Source: Candidatus Magasanikiibacteriota bacterium (lineage in GTDB: Bacteria; Patescibacteriota; Patescibacteriia; Magasanikbacterales; GWA2-37-8). From it: DNA of 64,000 nt. Both the position numbers and the translations under genes were made by a program. Within the stretch, counting starts at the first letter, position 1, and each line of letters begins with the position of its first letter. The stretch spans positions 192,875-256,874 of the forward strand of contig CAWJAS010000001.1 of NCBI GenBank assembly GCA_963840935.1. Reading direction: 5' to 3'. A model generated the notes under the pieces. That model had not been told where the DNA came from, ran no database searches, and worked only from the letters and a program-made list of their open reading frames with translations. Shown piece after piece: positions 18,148 through 28,206 of the stretch.

Positions 18148-20391
18148 TTATTTCTTTTTTACTTTTTTTACTTTTTCTTTACTTATTTCTCCGGCGCATA
18201 ATTTGTTACTGCATTTAGTTTCGCCTTTTTTTGTTTCAACCATTGATTCACCACATTTTGGGCATTTGTCTCCGGTTGGTTTATCCCATAAAGCAAATTC
18301 ACATTTGGGATAGCGGTTACAGCCAAAAAATATTTTTCCGCGCTTTGTTTTTCGCTGGATCATTTCTCCTTCACCACATTTTGGGCATTTGATATTAATT
18401 TTAATTTCAATACTTTTTATATTTTTGCATTTTGGATAAGCGCTACAGCTCAAAAACGGTCCGTAGCGTCCGACTTTTCGTACCATCGGCTCACCGCATT
18501 TGTCGCATACTTCATCTGTTGGGGTAGCTTCAATTTCCGCCGGCAATTCCTCGCCGGGTAATGGTTTGGTGTTTTTGCAAGTCGGATAGGCGGAACAAGC
18601 CATAAATTTTCCGAACCGTCCAATCTTTATTATCATTGGCGCTCCACATTTATTGCACACTTCATCGGTTTTTTCTTCCGTCAATTCTTTTTTTGAAAGT
18701 TCCTTATCCTTTTTTTCCAAGTTATCACTGAATGGGCCGTAAAAATCCGCGATAATCGGTCGCCATTCTTTTTCACCGGATGCAATACTATCAAGGTTTT
18801 CTTCCATTTCCGCGGTGAATTTGTAATCAACAATATTTGGGAAATGTTCCACCAATAAGTCGTTAACCAAGTAGGCAATTTCTTTTGGAAACAGCTTTTT
18901 TTTATCATCGCGTTCCACATAGCCTCGGTCTTCAATTGTGGCAATTGTCGGGGCATATGTTGAAGGTCGACCAATGCCGTGTTCTTCCATAACTTTTACC
19001 AAAGTAGCGTCCGAGTATCTGCCCGGCGGTTCGGTAAAATGTTGTTCCGGTTTTAATTCTTCGCATTTTAAAGAAGTGCCTTTCTCAATTTTTGGCAAGA
19101 AATTTTCTTTTGTTTTTTCGGGATACAGTTTTAAAAAACCCGGGAAAACAATGTTTTGACCGTTCGCTCGAAAAACATATTTGTTATCCGAATCAATATC
19201 TATATTGGAATTATTTATTTTTGCCACGGCCATTTGCGAAGCCACCGCTCGACGCCATATCAAATCGTATAATTTATATTGGTTATTATCCAAATGACTC
19301 GCGATGCTTTCCGGATTAACGCTCGCTTCGGTCGGGCGAATAGCTTCATGCGCTTCTTGCGCGTTTTTGCTTTTTTTCTTAAAAGTTCTATATTCTCCGT
19401 TATAATAATCCGCGCCAAAATCACCCACAATAGCAATCTTCGCGTCCTCAAGGAATTTTTCTGATAAATTTGTTGAGTCGGTTCTCATATAGGTGATTAA
19501 ACCGACCGAACCGCTAGTTCCCAATTCAACTCCTTCATAAAGTTGTTGGGCGATGCGCATGGTTTGCTTGGCGGAAAAACCTAGACGGTGATTCGCTTCT
19601 TGTTGCAGGGTTGAAGTGGTGAAAGGCGGAGCCGGTTGGCGGTTTGTCAATTTGTCTTCGGTATTTTGCACCAAATATTTTGCACCGTTCAAATCACTTA
19701 AAATTTTATTGATGTCTTCGTTGTTTTTTAAATCCATTTTATCCAATTTTCCAGTAGGGGTAGAAATCAATTTTGCGGTAAATGGTTCGTTGATTGAGTC
19801 GGCAAATATTCCGTCCAAACTCCAATACTCTTCGGAAATAAAATTTTTAATTTCGCGTTCTCGTTCCACCACCAACCGCACGGCGACTGATTGCACTCGA
19901 CCGGCCGATAATCCTTTGGCCACTTTGCGCCAAAGAAAAGGGGAGAGCTTGTATCCGACCAATCTATCCAGTATGCGACGAGCTTGTTGGGCGTCCACCA
20001 GATTAAAATCCAACTTGCGGGGATTTTTTAGGGCGTGTTCTATGGCCGATTTGGTAATTTCATGAAAAGTGATTCGTTCGATTTTTTTTTCATTTACTCC
20101 GAGAATAGATGATAAGTGCCAAGAAATAGCTTCTCCTTCGCGGTCCTCATCGGTAGCGAATAGTATTTTATCGGATTTTTTTGCCGAATCTTTCAATTCT
20201 TTAACGGTTTTTGATTTATCTTTGGCGACAGTATATTTTGGTTCAAAATTATTTTCAATATCAATACCCAGTTCCTTTTTTGGCAAATCGCGCACATGGC
20301 CAAAAGAGGACTTTACAATAAAATCTTTTCCTAAAAATTTGGAAATGGTTTTGGCTTTTGCCGGCGACTCCACAATTACCAATGTTTTCAT
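18148..20391 (-). CDS. topA: DNA topoisomerase I with C-terminal zinc-ribbon repeats
   Basis: TOPRIM N-terminus MKTLVIVESPAKAKTI...GHVRDLP. Multiple C-terminal C4 zinc ribbons (CxxC...CxxC, four times). Confidence 0.9.
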   Translation of the reverse strand: MKTLVIVESPAKAKTISKFLGKDFIVKSSFGHVRDLPKKELGIDIENNFEPKYTVAKDKSKTVKELKDSAKKSDKILFATDEDREGEAISWHLSSILGVNEKKIERITFHEITKSAIEHALKNPRKLDFNLVDAQQARRILDRLVGYKLSPFLWRKVAKGLSAGRVQSVAVRLVVEREREIKNFISEEYWSLDGIFADSINEPFTAKLISTPTGKLDKMDLKNNEDINKILSDLNGAKYLVQNTEDKLTNRQPAPPFTTSTLQQEANHRLGFSAKQTMRIAQQLYEGVELGTSGSVGLITYMRTDSTNLSEKFLEDAKIAIVGDFGADYYNGEYRTFKKKSKNAQEAHEAIRPTEASVNPESIASHLDNNQYKLYDLIWRRAVASQMAVAKINNSNIDIDSDNKYVFRANGQNIVFPGFLKLYPEKTKENFLPKIEKGTSLKCEELKPEQHFTEPPGRYSDATLVKVMEEHGIGRPSTYAPTIATIEDRGYVERDDKKKLFPKEIAYLVNDLLVEHFPNIVDYKFTAEMEENLDSIASGEKEWRPIIADFYGPFSDNLEKKDKELSKKELTEEKTDEVCNKCGAPMIIKIGRFGKFMACSAYPTCKNTKPLPGEELPAEIEATPTDEVCDKCGEPMVRKVGRYGPFLSCSAYPKCKNIKSIEIKINIKCPKCGEGEMIQRKTKRGKIFFGCNRYPKCEFALWDKPTGDKCPKCGESMVETKKGETKCSNKLCAGEISKEKVKKVKKK

Positions 20392-20413
20392 AAAAATTCA
20401 TTAGAATTTCACT

Positions 20414-20442
20414 ATATTAGCGAAGCTTGACGCTTATGTCAA
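20414..20442 (-). promoter_or_regulatory. Consensus-like promoter for topA (minus strand: TTGACA-17-TAATAT)
   Basis: Seen on reverse complement: TTGACAtaagcgtcaagcttcgcTAATAT. Confidence 0.5.
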
Positions 20443-20445
20443 ATA

Positions 20446-21522
20446 TTACAATATAATGTAATGCAAATTACCCAGATTTTTTATTATTCCATTTATTTCC
20501 ATCATTACAAGATTACTGCTGATTTCTTGGCTTTCCAAACCGGTGCTTTCAATTATTTTATCGATATGAACCGGGTTATCGGATAAGCAAGAAATAATTG
20601 TTTTTTCCGTTTCATTAAGTGGTGGTAAAACTTTTTTTGTTTGGCCAATCACATCCGCCAGATTCAGCAACTGCGCCACATCTTCCGCTTCTGTTATTAA
20701 ATGCGCCCCTTGTTTCAAAATCTTGTTGCATCCTTCTCCCAAAATTGAATTAGCCTGGTGGGGCACAGCCATTACTTCGCGATTATAATCAAGAGCTAAT
20801 CGAGCCGTGATGAGCGCTCCCGAGGTGATAGGCGCTTCAATAACCAATGTTCCCGAAGATAATCCGGCGATAATTCTGTTTCTGGCCGGGAAAGTTGCTT
20901 TGTTTGGTTCAAAATATGGAGGATATTCGGAAACAAGGCATCCGCCGTTAAATACGATTTTTTCCGCCAATGCTCGGTTGGCGCCAGGACCGACAGTATT
21001 TTTATCAACTCCTCCGCCCAGCACGGCAATTGTTTTTCCGCCATTATTAATAGTTGTGTCATGCGCGACCGCGTCAAGTCCGAGCGCCAAACCGCTGACA
21101 ATCACAATATTTAATTTTACGAGGTCGGCGACAATTTTTTCAGCCATCAATTTTCCATAATGTGTGATTTTTCTTGTGCCGACAACGCCAAGATAAGAGT
21201 AATCTTTTTCCGGCCACTCACCCCGAATGAATAGAGTAACGGGAGAGTCGGGAATTTCTTTTAATAATTTCGGAAAATCCTTTTCATCAAATGATAATGT
21301 CCATATTTTTTCTTTTTCTAAAATTGCTTGCAATTTTTCCGGCGGATTTGTTTCTCGCCAAGAAACAAACTCGTGAGCGATATTTTCATCCCAGCCGATT
21401 TTTTGCAAATCATTTACCTCGGTCATCATTATTTCATTGGAATCAGAAAAATAATCCGCCAGCATTTTGAACCGGCGGTTGTTAAATTTTGGAAAAAAAG
21501 ATAAATAGGCTAAGGCGTTCAT
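20446..21522 (-). CDS. dprA: DNA processing protein DprA (Smf)
   Basis: Rossmann-like core VVGTRKITHYGKLMAEKIV...VSGLALGLDAVAH...PARNRIIAGLS. C-terminal winged-helix-like region. Confidence 0.85.
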   Translation of the reverse strand: MNALAYLSFFPKFNNRRFKMLADYFSDSNEIMMTEVNDLQKIGWDENIAHEFVSWRETNPPEKLQAILEKEKIWTLSFDEKDFPKLLKEIPDSPVTLFIRGEWPEKDYSYLGVVGTRKITHYGKLMAEKIVADLVKLNIVIVSGLALGLDAVAHDTTINNGGKTIAVLGGGVDKNTVGPGANRALAEKIVFNGGCLVSEYPPYFEPNKATFPARNRIIAGLSSGTLVIEAPITSGALITARLALDYNREVMAVPHQANSILGEGCNKILKQGAHLITEAEDVAQLLNLADVIGQTKKVLPPLNETEKTIISCLSDNPVHIDKIIESTGLESQEISSNLVMMEINGIIKNLGNLHYIIL

Positions 21523-22058
21523 AATTGCGAGATAGTTAATTTCGCCATAATTTCTTCTACCGCGTTATTAATCAGTTTTTTAATTGCTATTTTTTCTAAA
21601 GCGGTAAATTTTTTCAAAACAAAATCAGCCGTGTCTTTAATTTCCGTTTTTGGCTTTATGCCAAATCTTAATCTAAAAAAAGTTTTCACTCCCAAGCGGT
21701 CGATTATTGATTGGACGCCGTTATGGCCGGCCGAAGAACGGTTAAATTGAAGTTTGAATTCACCCAAAGCAATATCTTTGTCATCATGAATAATAATAAT
21801 GTCTTTTGTGTCGATTTTGAAAAATTTTGTAGCCTCGAACACCGCTACACCGGATTCGTTCATGTAGGTCATTGGTTTTAACAATATTATTTTTTGATTG
21901 TTAATTTTTATTTCCGCTATTTGAGAATTGAATTTTTTGTTAATAGCAAAGACAGCGCCGGTTGATTCGGCCAGTGCGTCGATAATGTCAAAACCGATAT
22001 TATGCCTCGTACCTTGATATTTTTTGTCGGGATTTCCCAAGCCGACCACAAGTTTCAT
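21519..22058 (-). CDS. pth: Peptidyl-tRNA hydrolase
   Basis: MKLVVGLGNPDKKYQGTRHNIGF... Confidence 0.9.
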   Translation of the reverse strand: MKLVVGLGNPDKKYQGTRHNIGFDIIDALAESTGAVFAINKKFNSQIAEIKINNQKIILLKPMTYMNESGVAVFEATKFFKIDTKDIIIIHDDKDIALGEFKLQFNRSSAGHNGVQSIIDRLGVKTFFRLRFGIKPKTEIKDTADFVLKKFTALEKIAIKKLINNAVEEIMAKLTISQL

Positions 22059-22059
22059 A

Positions 22060-23454
22060 TTAACGTTTTAATTTTCTCATTTTAATTATAATTGGAGCGG
22101 CGAAAAAATTCCACTGTTCTCGCATTCTTCTTTTTAGAAAATATATGTAAGAAACATGGAGCGAAGTTTTTTGTTTGATATCGATTTCAAAAACCGGAGG
22201 GTTTGAATCAATTTGTTTGAAACCAAGAATTTTTGGGTGGCGAACGCCTTTGCCACGCGATGGCTTGTGGACGCGCATCATTTTATTCAAAAATTCTTTT
22301 AATTCTTCTTTGGAAATCACTGTTTTTTTGCCTTCTTCCGCTTGTTTGATGAGGGGGAATATTTGATGTACCCGATATTGCGTCAAGGCACTCACAAAAA
22401 TAATCGGCGCGTAGTCCAAATGAGGAAAGTTTCTGATTACCATGGATTTCACTTCATTTCTGAAGGCGTCTTCATTATCTTCGGCCAAATCCCACTTGTT
22501 TACGATAATAATCACGCTTTTGGCATGTTGTTGCAAGAAACCGCCCAGTTGTTTGTCTTGGTCCGAAATCGGTTCAGAGGCGTCCAGGACAAATAGAATA
22601 ATGTCGGCTCTTTCAATTGCTTCCAAGCTTTTGCCGATGCCTTGGCGTTCAAGTTCATGGCCGACTTTTGTTTTTCGTCTAATTCCGGCTGTATCGATAA
22701 AAATAATTTGTTCATTATCCACCTCGACTAAAGTGTCGTGCGGTTCGCGAGTGGTGTGTGGCATATCAGAAACAATCACCCTGTCTTCCCCGATTAATTT
22801 ATTGAACAACATTGATTTGCCCACGTTTGGCTTTCCGATTAAAGCGACTTTGATAGCCGGTTTTTCAATAACTTTTTTGGGTCTAAGTTTTGCTTTTGAT
22901 AAATTCTTGAAAATCAAATCCAATAAATCACCGGCGTTACTGCCGTTTGTGGCTGATACCGGGAAAGGTGCGCCAAGAGCAAGCGACGCCCATTCTTTAT
23001 CGTAAACCCTTTCCCTGTCAACGGCGGTATCGGCTTTATTGCCAACCAAAATAATCGGTTTTTTGTTTTTATTTTTGGTGCGGATTTTTTTTGCCAGTTC
23101 TTTTTCCTGAGGAAGAATCCCGTTTTTTATATCGATAACAAACAATATCAAATCAGCCTCCTTTAAAGCAATATCCGTTTGCTCTATGATATCATTTTCA
23201 AGGCTAACGGTTTTGTCGAAAGTAAGTCCGCCCGTATCAACCAATTGGAAACTTTTGCCTCGCCAGACGACATTTTTTATGTTTCGTGTTCTCGTGGTGC
23301 CCGGCACATCAGAAACCAAAGCATGGGCTGATTCAGTCAAGCGGTTAAAAAGAGTAGATTTGCCCACGTTAACTCGTCCAATCAAAACAACGGAAGGTAA
23401 ATTTGATTTTTTAATTTTTGCGAGCGTTGCCATATTATTATTCTTTAATGTCAA
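22060..23454 (-). CDS. der: GTPase Der (EngA), tandem GTPase domains + KH-like domain
   Basis: Two G1 motifs (GRVNVGKSTLFNRL and GKPNVGKSMLFNKL). Confidence 0.9.
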   Translation of the reverse strand: MTLKNNNMATLAKIKKSNLPSVVLIGRVNVGKSTLFNRLTESAHALVSDVPGTTRTRNIKNVVWRGKSFQLVDTGGLTFDKTVSLENDIIEQTDIALKEADLILFVIDIKNGILPQEKELAKKIRTKNKNKKPIILVGNKADTAVDRERVYDKEWASLALGAPFPVSATNGSNAGDLLDLIFKNLSKAKLRPKKVIEKPAIKVALIGKPNVGKSMLFNKLIGEDRVIVSDMPHTTREPHDTLVEVDNEQIIFIDTAGIRRKTKVGHELERQGIGKSLEAIERADIILFVLDASEPISDQDKQLGGFLQQHAKSVIIIVNKWDLAEDNEDAFRNEVKSMVIRNFPHLDYAPIIFVSALTQYRVHQIFPLIKQAEEGKKTVISKEELKEFLNKMMRVHKPSRGKGVRHPKILGFKQIDSNPPVFEIDIKQKTSLHVSYIYFLKRRMREQWNFFAAPIIIKMRKLKR

Positions 23455-25132
23455 TTCCTAAAATAATTAAAATATCGGTTTCAGGATTAAATTTGGCGCC
23501 TACCTCAACTGTGCCTTCACCTTCGGATTGATAATTTTCATGGAGCCAATCGGGGATTGTCATTTCTAATCGCGCGGGAATTTGCTTGAGCAAATATTCC
23601 AAAAGTTCGTTGGAGACGGATTGATTAATTAAATATATTGTGGTGGTGGCGATTGGTCGTTTTGCGCAGTTGCCAATGGTAATAATGTTGAACCCTTGGT
23701 CGGCTAACTGGCTTTGAGTGCGACTGGCCAAGCCGGCTCGCCATGTGCCATTTTGAATTTCTATTTTGGCATTTTCCAAAAAAGCCAATTGCTGAGTTGT
23801 GGTTGTGGAGAAAGTGCTGGTCGGAATTAGCGCGCTTGAAGTGGTGTTTATCGCATTGTTATTAAATTGTGAATCACTGTTTGTTTGCTCATTATAAGCC
23901 AGGGGAGTGTCGCTTGGTATGGCGGAACTGAAGCTGGTTTGGAAAATGTTTGTGATTGCCAGATTAATCGCGGAATAATCTCCGCCTTTGGGCGCAAGCA
24001 TAAAGGCGCCATTTGGCGCGATATATGAATAAAGGTATCCTTCGGGTGATGAATCGATAACCAAGTTTTTAATTTTTGAAGAGTCGATATCTTTGGCAAT
24101 GGAAGCCAAATAAATCATTTGTGAAAATTCAAGATTTGTATCGATATTATCAGAAAGCGATGTCCATATTTTGTGCAAAGTCGTCGGGCTGGTAAGCGTG
24201 CCAAAAGACATTATTTTGTCTTTTAAGGCGGAAATTATTTGTTGTTGCCGTCTTGAGCGAGCAAAATCAGAATTTTCACCATTGGTACCGTGTCTTGAAC
24301 GAGCGAATTTTAAAGCCAAGTCGCCGTTAAATTGCTGTGTGCCGGATGTGAAAGTAATGGTTTGATAAGAATAATTTTCTCCCGGGTATGAATAATCGGA
24401 AAAGGGTTGGGCGACATTTACCTCAATACCGCCAACAGCGTCAATCATTTGTTCAAATGCGTTAAAATTAACTCGCGCATAATACGGTATCTCCAGCCCG
24501 AATGTTTCGGCAAAAATTTGTCGCGCGTAATCTCCGCCTTGACCGGGGTTTAATTTTTCGCCTAGCGCATCAGCATAATTTATGCGTTGGGTGCCGTAGT
24601 TTGCGATTTTCACTCCCAGGTCCCGAGGGATGGAAACCATTGATACTTCTTTGGTGCTTGGTTTAATACTCACGATAATATTTGTATCTGAAAGGTAAGG
24701 TCCGTCATGCCCCGGTCCGCCGATTCCAAGAAGCAAAATATTGATTCTGTCTTCTTCCTCGCCGATTAATGATTTATCGTTGTAAAATAAAATATTTTTT
24801 ACAGTATCAAAAAAACCGATTTTTTTTGACCTGAGAAGTCCGCCGTTTTCACCACCGGTTCCGGCGACGACAAGCGCTCGAATACCCAAAATAGCAACCA
24901 AAATAATCGTTAAGCCGACAAAAAAATAAAGAAGTGTAATTCTTTTGTTTTTTATTGGGTTATTATCATTGGTTTTAATCAGGCTTTTTTCGCTTTCCGG
25001 AGCCAAAAAATTGACTGATTGTGATTTTGCTTTCAGTTCGCGCATAAATAACATAAACACGGCCATTGTATCATATATATAGCCTTTAATCAAATAATGG
25101 CCAAAAGTATAAATATTGATGTTTTTTGGCAA
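23438..25132 (-). CDS. LytR-CpsA-Psr (LCP) family cell-envelope transferase with extended C-terminal domain
   Basis: N-terminal TM helix. LCP core INILLLGIGGPGHDGPYLSDTNIIVSI...SIPRD. Overlaps der by 17 nt. Confidence 0.7.
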   Translation of the reverse strand: MPKNINIYTFGHYLIKGYIYDTMAVFMLFMRELKAKSQSVNFLAPESEKSLIKTNDNNPIKNKRITLLYFFVGLTIILVAILGIRALVVAGTGGENGGLLRSKKIGFFDTVKNILFYNDKSLIGEEEDRINILLLGIGGPGHDGPYLSDTNIIVSIKPSTKEVSMVSIPRDLGVKIANYGTQRINYADALGEKLNPGQGGDYARQIFAETFGLEIPYYARVNFNAFEQMIDAVGGIEVNVAQPFSDYSYPGENYSYQTITFTSGTQQFNGDLALKFARSRHGTNGENSDFARSRRQQQIISALKDKIMSFGTLTSPTTLHKIWTSLSDNIDTNLEFSQMIYLASIAKDIDSSKIKNLVIDSSPEGYLYSYIAPNGAFMLAPKGGDYSAINLAITNIFQTSFSSAIPSDTPLAYNEQTNSDSQFNNNAINTTSSALIPTSTFSTTTTQQLAFLENAKIEIQNGTWRAGLASRTQSQLADQGFNIITIGNCAKRPIATTTIYLINQSVSNELLEYLLKQIPARLEMTIPDWLHENYQSEGEGTVEVGAKFNPETDILIILGIDIKE

Positions 25133-25196
25133 TTGACTTGTTTAGCCGGTAAATTTATGCTATGATGAACAAGACGCAAGGGAGGAGCGCTCAAAC

Positions 25197-25270
25197 GGAC
25201 TCATAGCTCAGCTGGTTAGAGCGTACGGTTCACATCCGTAAGGTCAGAGGTTCGATCCCTCTTGGGTCCA
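25197..25270 (+). tRNA. tRNA-Val (anticodon CAC)
   Basis: GGACTCATAGCTCAGCTGGTTAGAGCGTACGGTTCACATCCGTAAGGTCAGAGGTTCGATCCCTCTTGGGTCCA cloverleaf. Anticodon loop UUCACAU. Confidence 0.85.
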
Positions 25271-25292
25271 CGATTTTTTTGACCTATATTTT

Positions 25293-25799
25293 ATGGCGCA
25301 AGACATTACCAAAACTAACGTTAATACCGGCGATATTATTTTTTATTGGCAAATTAGAGAGTATGAAAAATATTATCGAAGCAAGCGCTGGTATTTGGTA
25401 ATGAGTTTAGTCGCCATTCTATTGATTATTTACGCGGTTTATTCGGCGAATTATTTGTTTGCTTTAATGATCGTGCTTTTTGGCATTATTCTTATAATGC
25501 AGGAAATGAATGAACCCGGAGAAATTGATTTTGGTATTTGCGAAACTGGTATTATTGTCGGGAATAAATATTATTCATTTTCGGAATTGGAGAAATATTG
25601 GATTGTATATAGCCCACCAGACACAAAAACTTTGTATTTTGAATTAAAAGGAATAATATTTCATCGATTGAGTATAAATTTAGAAGATGCCAATCCTAAT
25701 GAAATTAGGACGTTTTTGAACCAATATTTATTTGAAGATTTGGAAAAAGAAGAAGAGCCGTTAAGCGATCGGATTGGTCGATTGTTGAAGTTGCAATAA
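25293..25799 (+). CDS. Hypothetical 2-TM membrane protein (AT-rich, native-like)
   Basis: ORF with two hydrophobic helices, flanked by tRNA-Val and tRNA-Arg. Terminator hairpin at 25820-25850. Confidence 0.5.
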   Translation: MAQDITKTNVNTGDIIFYWQIREYEKYYRSKRWYLVMSLVAILLIIYAVYSANYLFALMIVLFGIILIMQEMNEPGEIDFGICETGIIVGNKYYSFSELEKYWIVYSPPDTKTLYFELKGIIFHRLSINLEDANPNEIRTFLNQYLFEDLEKEEEPLSDRIGRLLKLQ

Positions 25800-25852
25800 T
25801 TCAAGAAATATGCTATATTGAACCTCGATTATTTCGAGGTTTTTTATTGGAT

Positions 25853-25924
25853 GGCCTCGTCGTTCAACGGATAGGACGCAAGCTTGCGGAGCTTGTAATC
25901 TAGGTTCGATTCCTAGCGAGGTCA
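25853..25924 (+). tRNA. tRNA-Arg (anticodon GCG as read from the loop UUGCGGA)
   Basis: GGCCTCGTCGTTCAACGGATAGGACGCAAGCTTGCGGAGCTTGTAATCTAGGTTCGATTCCTAGCGAGGTCA. Followed by terminator hairpin cccgtcagcc-caag-gctgacggg. Confidence 0.75.
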
Positions 25925-25965
25925 CAAACCCGTCAGCCCAAGGCTGACGGGTTTTATGGTATAAT

Positions 25966-28089
25966 TTGTTTATGAATATGGATTTTAATTTGCCAGTGGG
26001 AAAAATCAACAAGGTTGGCGCGGTAACGGCCAAAAAGTTAAAACGTCTTGGTATAGAAAAAGCCGGAGATTTGTTATATTGGTTTCCTTTTCGCTATGAA
26101 GATTATCGCAAAATATTGCCGATAAAAGATCTTGCCGATGGTGTGGAAGCGACCATTCGCGGACGTGTGGAGATGATTGCCAACAGGCGAAGCTTTCGAA
26201 GTCGTAAAAATATAACCGAAGCCTTGGTCCATGACGATTCAGGTAGTATTAGAGTTACTTGGTTTAATCAGCCATTTATAATTAAAAATATTAAAGCGGG
26301 AGAAGTTATTTTTTTGTCGGGTAAAATAAAATCAGACATGCTCGGGGCTAGGCTCCTAAGCCCGATGTATGAAAAAGAGACAAAAAAAGAAACAACACAC
26401 ACGGCTCGCTTGGTGCCAATATATCCTTCAACCGGCGGGCTAACTCAAAAACAAATTCGATATTTGATATCACAAGTTTTGCCGATTGCCGAATCGGTTA
26501 AAGATTGGATGCCTAGCGAAATAATAAAAAGATTTTCTCTTATTCCTATTTCATCGGCATTACTTGGAATTCATTTTCCAAAAAATGAAAGTGAATTAAA
26601 AAAAAGCACGGAAAGACTTAAATTTGATGAATTATTTTTGATACAATTAAGAGCGCAGATTGCCAGAAAAAAGCAAAAAAAAGAGAAAGCTCCAGCAATA
26701 GTTTTTCACGAACAAGAAATTAAAAAATTTGTTGGCAGTTTACCGTTTGCTTTAACCGTTACACAAAAAATATCGGCCTGGGAAATACTCAGAGATTTGG
26801 AAAAAAATAATCCAATGAACCGATTACTGTCGGGTGATGTTGGGTCGGGGAAAACTATTGTTGCAACCATTTCTCTTTTAAATGTTATTTTGAGCGGTTA
26901 TCAAGGTGTGCTTTTGGCGCCAACAGAAATTTTAGCCCGTCAGCATTTTGATACCATAAGCGGTCTTTTGGGTGATAAATTAAAAATCGCGCTTTTGACT
27001 CGCTCACAATATTTTTTAGCTGGTCATTCGAGTCCTCGTGGGGATGACACAGCAGAGCTTTTTTCGAAGAAACAAATAATTGAAGAAATAAGCGAAGGGA
27101 AGGTCGATATTGTAATAGGCACTCACGCTTTGCTTTCCGAAAAAGTACGGTTCAAAGACATCGGTTTGATTATTGTTGACGAACAGCATCGTTTTGGAGT
27201 TAATCAAAGAAAGGCGATTAAAGACAAAACAAAAGAAATATCCGCTCATTATTTGAGTATGACAGCCACTCCGATTCCGCGTTCGCTTGCTCTTACAATT
27301 TATGGCGATTTGGATTTATCAATTATCAATGAGATGCCTGTGGGAAGAAAACCGATTATAACTCGTTTGGTGGAGCCAAAGAACAGAGCGAAAGCTTATG
27401 AATTTATTCGCGGGCAAATTAAAAATGGCAGACAAGCTTTTGTTGTCTGCCCCTTGATTGAAGACACAAACGAAACAGAGAATATTTTGCCCGGCTTGTC
27501 ATTTAATGAAGAAAAAAAGACCGTAATGAAAGAATATGAAAAATTAGTCAAAGAAATTTTTCCTGATTTGGTGGTCGGGTTTATTCATGGTAAATTAAAA
27601 CCACCGGAAAAAGAATTGGCAATGAAAAAATTTAAAAATAATGAAATTAATATTTTGATTTCAACATCGGTTGTTGAAGTGGGAGTGAATATTCCAAATG
27701 CCAGTGTGATGATGATAGAGGGTGCGGAAAGATTTGGTATGGCCCAATTACATCAGTTTAGGGGGCGTGTTGGTCGTTCAATTTATCAATCATATTGCTT
27801 GTTATTTACCGAATCAAAGTCAGAAAAAGTATCCGACCGACTTCAGTATTTTGAAAAAAATATTGATGGGTTTAAATTGGCGGAAAAGGATTTGGAAACG
27901 CGAGGGCCGGGCGAAGTATATGGCATTCGACAAAGCGGACTTATGAATTTGCGTTTGGCTAAATTAACAGACCAAGATATTATAAAAAAATCCCGCCAAG
28001 CGGCGGAGCAAATTGCGCTAAAGGCCGATAATCATTCATTGTTAGTTAGTAAGCTGGTTGACTGGGAAAAAACTTTGCACTTGGAATAA
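25966..28089 (+). CDS. recG: ATP-dependent DNA helicase RecG
   Basis: Wedge domain plus helicase motifs GDVGSGKT and DEQHRFG. Confidence 0.9.
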   Translation: MFMNMDFNLPVGKINKVGAVTAKKLKRLGIEKAGDLLYWFPFRYEDYRKILPIKDLADGVEATIRGRVEMIANRRSFRSRKNITEALVHDDSGSIRVTWFNQPFIIKNIKAGEVIFLSGKIKSDMLGARLLSPMYEKETKKETTHTARLVPIYPSTGGLTQKQIRYLISQVLPIAESVKDWMPSEIIKRFSLIPISSALLGIHFPKNESELKKSTERLKFDELFLIQLRAQIARKKQKKEKAPAIVFHEQEIKKFVGSLPFALTVTQKISAWEILRDLEKNNPMNRLLSGDVGSGKTIVATISLLNVILSGYQGVLLAPTEILARQHFDTISGLLGDKLKIALLTRSQYFLAGHSSPRGDDTAELFSKKQIIEEISEGKVDIVIGTHALLSEKVRFKDIGLIIVDEQHRFGVNQRKAIKDKTKEISAHYLSMTATPIPRSLALTIYGDLDLSIINEMPVGRKPIITRLVEPKNRAKAYEFIRGQIKNGRQAFVVCPLIEDTNETENILPGLSFNEEKKTVMKEYEKLVKEIFPDLVVGFIHGKLKPPEKELAMKKFKNNEINILISTSVVEVGVNIPNASVMMIEGAERFGMAQLHQFRGRVGRSIYQSYCLLFTESKSEKVSDRLQYFEKNIDGFKLAEKDLETRGPGEVYGIRQSGLMNLRLAKLTDQDIIKKSRQAAEQIALKADNHSLLVSKLVDWEKTLHLE

Positions 28090-28110
28090 TAAATGATGCA
28101 CTTTAACGGG

Positions 28111-28139
28111 TTGACATAATTACGTTTTTGTGCTATTTT
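28111..28139 (+). promoter_or_regulatory. Promoter TTGACA-17-TATTTT upstream of the GC-rich small gene
   Basis: TTGACA at 28111-28116. Followed by a 5' UTR hairpin ttccggcaa-gggttat-ttgccggaa (28152-28176) and an AAGGAGG SD. Confidence 0.5.
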
Positions 28140-28206
28140 TTTTTCATCAAGTTCCGGCAAGGGTTATTTGCCGGAAGCAAACGGTTGGCAAAAAAAGGAG
28201 GGAAAC

